A stretch of DNA of 64,000 nucleotides from positions 1,440,001 to 1,504,000 of the forward strand of contig OZ244991.1 in assembly GCA_965223335.1 (NCBI GenBank). The letters run 5' to 3'. Shown here piece after piece: positions 60,998 to 64,000 of the stretch; positions within the stretch are counted from its first letter, which is position 1, and every line of letters begins with the position of its first letter. Source of the DNA: Thermodesulfobacteriota bacterium. GTDB lineage: Bacteria > Desulfobacterota_D > UBA1144 > Nemesobacterales > UBA2774. The notes beneath the pieces are model-generated. The model searched no databases. It was not told where the DNA came from and worked only from the letters and a program-made list of their open reading frames with translations. The position numbers were made by a program, and so were the translations under genes.

Positions 60998-61855
60998 TTA
61001 GAGTATCCCCCGTTCTTTGGCCTCTTCGAAGTATACGAGTGTGGAGTCGGTGGTCTTGTGTCTGAGCATTCTCTTTACTTCCGATACGGTGGCTCCGTTT
61101 TGTATTGCAAGCAGTGCAGCAGTGTGGCGTAGGCTGTAGGGAGTGATGCCTGCTCTTTTGATACCTGATTTGTTTAGGTAGTGACTTACCCTTTCCCTGA
61201 TGGCCCTTGTGGTGATTCGTGCACCTCGCGCGCGGTTGCCTATGCCCCAGAAAAGCGGTTCGTTGTTCTCGCGCTCGGGTCGGGTCTCTAGGTAAGCTTC
61301 GAGTGATGCCAGTGCTTGGGGGAATAATAAAACGTATTCGTCCTTAACGTCCTTGTTCTTGCCTTGGACGTATATAACCCTATTTTTGTTCCTTGTTTTA
61401 ATATCGCCTATATCCGCCCTTACAATCTCGATCTCGCTTAGGCCGCAGTTTGCCATAAGACTGAGTATTGCCTTATCCCTTAGCCCCACCGGGTTGGGTA
61501 TGTCGATGGACTCGAGCAGTTTTCTCATCTCGCTTGGCCTTACGGGCTCGGTGAGGTGGCGGCTGGGGCGTTTGCCGCCTTTAATTTTCTTTGCCGGGTT
61601 CTCTGGGACCTTGCCGGTGGATACCATGTATTCATATAATCGTCTTACTGCAGTTAGGTATGCCGAGAGCGAGGTGGACGAGAGCTCTTTGGCAGCAAGG
61701 TAGTCCTTATAGCGCCTTATGTCGTCAGATGTAAGGTTCTCGGGTTTGCCATTACCCACCCATTTCGCAAATTCTCTAAGCGCTTTTCTGTAGGTGTCTT
61801 TAGTGGTCTCGCGCCTGTTTAGAGAGTTGATAAAACTGTCTATTAATCTGTCCAT
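60998..61855 (-). CDS. Tyrosine recombinase family (XerC/D-like) protein with atypical active site
   Basis: SAM-like N-domain, RDKAIL, GLSEIE, QGK, YSLRH, LRH, TLVY. Confidence 0.85.
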   Translation of the reverse strand: MDRLIDSFINSLNRRETTKDTYRKALREFAKWVGNGKPENLTSDDIRRYKDYLAAKELSSTSLSAYLTAVRRLYEYMVSTGKVPENPAKKIKGGKRPSRHLTEPVRPSEMRKLLESIDIPNPVGLRDKAILSLMANCGLSEIEIVRADIGDIKTRNKNRVIYVQGKNKDVKDEYVLLFPQALASLEAYLETRPERENNEPLFWGIGNRARGARITTRAIRERVSHYLNKSGIKRAGITPYSLRHTAALLAIQNGATVSEVKRMLRHKTTDSTLVYFEEAKERGIL

Positions 61856-61902
61856 AGATGAATTAAAGCATGTTTAATATTGGTTTTCAAATCGACCGGG
61901 TG

Positions 61903-61930
61903 TTGACAATGGATATTGTTTTGGTAAGTT
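61903..61930 (+). promoter_or_regulatory. Sigma70 promoter for 5S rRNA
   Basis: TTGACA-N16-TAAGTT with extended TG. Confidence 0.6.
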
Positions 61931-61940
61931 TATTAGCGAA

Positions 61941-62058
61941 TCTGGGTGGCAATACTGGAGAGGCAACACCCGGTCCCATCCCGAACCCGGAAGTTAAGCT
62001 CTCTGAGGCCGATGATACTGCCCCTGTACGGGGGTGGGAAAGTAGGTAGCTGCCTTGG
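61941..62058 (+). rRNA. rrf: 5S rRNA (stand-alone)
   Basis: CACCCGGTCCCATCCCGAACCCGGAAGTTAAG, GCCGATGATACTG, GGGAAAGTAGG; pairing termini; T-tract follows. Confidence 0.93.
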
Positions 62059-62177
62059 TTCTTTTTTTTTTGTCCAAATCCACCTGCATTATAATCACCA
62101 AAGCAGCCCCCTCGTTTTTATCCCGCATACAGTTGTTATATAGTGCTTCCTCTGCTGCGAGCAGTTAAGATAATCGT

Positions 62178-62783
62178 ATGTCAAAGAAAACCAGGGTTGC
62201 CGTGTTTGTGTCGGGAAACGGCTCTAATCTACAGGCTATTATAGACGCAAACATTCGATCGGCAGATATTGCCGTGGTCTTGAGTAACCGACCCGATGCC
62301 TATGCCATCGAGAGGGCTAAAAACCATGACATCCCTGTAGAGATAGTAGACCACAAGGACTATGACTCGCGTGAGAGTTTTGAGAAGGCAATTATCGAGA
62401 GAATCACACCCTACCAAATAGATCTAATAGCCCTTGCGGGCTTTATGCGTATACTCACCCCCTATTTTGTAAGCAGGTACAAACATAGAATAATCAATCT
62501 GCACCCGGCATTGCTGCCTTCGTTTCCCGGTATGCACGCCGCAAAGCAGGCCCTTGAGTACGGGGTTAAATACACCGGGTGCACGGTGCATTTTGTGGAC
62601 CAGGGCGTGGACACGGGGCCTATTCTGCTTCAGTCCGTGGTCCCCGTGCTTGACGACGATACCGAGGACACGTTGCTCGAGAGAATCCATAAAGAGGAGC
62701 ACAAGATATACCCCAAGGCGGTCGAGCTCTTTTCCAGCGGCAAGATCGTGATTGATGGAAAGCGTGTCATAGTAAAAAACTGA
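62178..62783 (+). CDS. purN: Phosphoribosylglycinamide formyltransferase
   Basis: SGNGSNLQA, LAGFMRIL, NLHPALLP, GCTVHFV, DTGPI. Confidence 0.96.
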   Translation: MSKKTRVAVFVSGNGSNLQAIIDANIRSADIAVVLSNRPDAYAIERAKNHDIPVEIVDHKDYDSRESFEKAIIERITPYQIDLIALAGFMRILTPYFVSRYKHRIINLHPALLPSFPGMHAAKQALEYGVKYTGCTVHFVDQGVDTGPILLQSVVPVLDDDTEDTLLERIHKEEHKIYPKAVELFSSGKIVIDGKRVIVKN

Positions 62784-62807
62784 TTTTTACAAGGTACAGA
62801 CCCTGTT

Positions 62808-63206
62808 ATGGCTGAGTGTCCGTTATGCAAGAATAGTTTTAGTTCCGATATATCTTACTGCCCGAATTGCGAGGTAGGGCTTATCCCCGACGTCGTAGGT
62901 GTATCATACGAAAACACGCTACATGACCACAAACCTTTCGGCGGGGATACCAAACAAAAGCCAGTCAAAAAAAGTAAAAAAACATTCGTAGAACTGCATA
63001 GGACCGAGAATGCTGCACTGGCTGCGTTGATGAAAGATTTTTTAGAGAATCACAATATCGTATGCTATGTCGATAACTACTTTTCGCAGAGCTTAAACGT
63101 AAATTTGCTTATGCCCAATGCAACAAGCGGTGTGAGGGTAATGGTGTACCAAGACGATTTTGAGGAAGCAAAGGGGATTGTCGAGGCTTTTTTTCAGGAA
63201 GATTAA
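62808..63206 (+). CDS. Zinc-ribbon plus DUF2007-like domain protein
   Basis: CPLC..CPNC N-terminus; LENHNI..GVRVMV..DFEEA. Confidence 0.7.
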   Translation: MAECPLCKNSFSSDISYCPNCEVGLIPDVVGVSYENTLHDHKPFGGDTKQKPVKKSKKTFVELHRTENAALAALMKDFLENHNIVCYVDNYFSQSLNVNLLMPNATSGVRVMVYQDDFEEAKGIVEAFFQED

Positions 63207-64000
63207 ATCTCTCTGCCCACTGCCTCTGCCACAGGCGCAGCCCGCTTCATAAGGTCTGCGAACTTTTTCGGTTTTAAGGACTGCCCGCCATCACTGACTG
63301 CAATTTCGGGGTTGTTGTGTACCTCAATTATTAAACCGTCTGCTCCTGCAGCTATGGCGGCAAGAGCCATAGGTGTTACATACTGCCAATATCCTGTTCC
63401 ATGGCTTGGGTCAGCTACTACCGGCAGGTGAGTTTTCTCTTGTAAAACTGGGATTGCGTTTAGGTCAAACGTGTTTCTTGTGGCCGTTTCAAATGTTCTT
63501 ATACCTCTTTCACAAAGCATTACATCTTCGTTGCCTTCGGAAAGTATGTACTCGGCACACATCAAGAATTCTTTTATCGTTGTGGACATGCCTCGTTTGA
63601 GTAGTACGGGTTTCTTAGACTTGCCTACCTCTTTAAGTAGTGCGTAGTTTTGTGCGTTCCTGGCCCCTATCTGCAGTACATCAGCATATTCAACAACCGC
63701 ATCCATGTGGTGAACATCGAGTATTTCAGTCACTATAGGCATGCCTGTAGCTTCTTTGGCTTTAGCCAGAAGTTTTAGCCCCTCTACGCCAAGCCCTTGG
63801 AAAGCGTATGGAGACGACCTCGGCTTGTAAGCACCGCCCCTGAACATTGTTGCACCGGCTTCCTTTACTGCCTTGGCTACTTCTAAGATCTGCTCTTCAT
63901 TTTCTACAGAACATGGCCCGGCAATCACGGGCAATTTTTTGTTGCCTATAGAGATGCCTTCAATCTTAATTTCTGACTTTTCGGGTTTAAATTCTTTGCT
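63203..64000 (-). CDS. aroF: DAHP synthase (class I-beta), 5' part outside the window
   Basis: [38 protein letters not shown]; frame open to the window edge. Confidence 0.93.
   Translation of the reverse strand, partial: SKEFKPEKSEIKIEGISIGNKKLPVIAGPCSVENEEQILEVAKAVKEAGATMFRGGAYKPRSSPYAFQGLGVEGLKLLAKAKEATGMPIVTEILDVHHMDAVVEYADVLQIGARNAQNYALLKEVGKSKKPVLLKRGMSTTIKEFLMCAEYILSEGNEDVMLCERGIRTFETATRNTFDLNAIPVLQEKTHLPVVADPSHGTGYWQYVTPMALAAIAAGADGLIIEVHNNPEIAVSDGGQSLKPKKFADLMKRAAPVAEAVGREI

Noticed and set aside
60998..62058. Recombinase as integrase of a prophage or island
   Set aside because: No att-like direct repeats, phage genes or cargo seen; flanks are housekeeping
61946..62143. 65-aa ORF
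   Set aside because: Overlaps the 5S rRNA; spurious

Overview
Bacterial chromosomal window of moderate GC. Housekeeping content and protein style suggest a deltaproteobacteria-like lineage, possibly Desulfobacterota or Ca. Dadabacteria (inference only). The backbone holds argC-like, nth, a stand-alone nuoJKL, glnB-glnA, rnc, ntrBC, hom, tRNA-Ala(GGC), pyrE, a PiT/CysP permease with cysH, uppS-dxr-rseP, ctpA, rpsU-dnaG-rpoD, an unlinked 5S rRNA, purN and a partial DAHP synthase. Main unusual elements: (1) an ~18.5 kb Pil-Chp-like chemosensory cluster with no CheR, an MshEN-fused PilG, and an embedded four-gene module (coiled-coil protein, longin-like/TM/OmpA protein, Rab-like GTPase, His kinase); both halves carry sigma54 promoters with a shared TGACA-N5-TGTCA upstream palindrome; (2) a CxxC/RAPP leader ORF ahead of a His/Met-rich outer-membrane barrel, resembling metal-sensing ribosome-stalling control; (3) a divergent ArgC homologue coupled to an adenylation enzyme and a carrier protein; (4) a sigma54-driven sulfate assimilation pair; (5) tandem paralogous surface proteins with a Cys-containing C-terminal sorting signal; (6) a Cys-rich TetR / ECF sigma pair with repeated operators; (7) a tyrosine recombinase with a substituted catalytic Arg. 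No CRISPR array or IS element was seen. All calls come from motif recognition by eye, without database searches.
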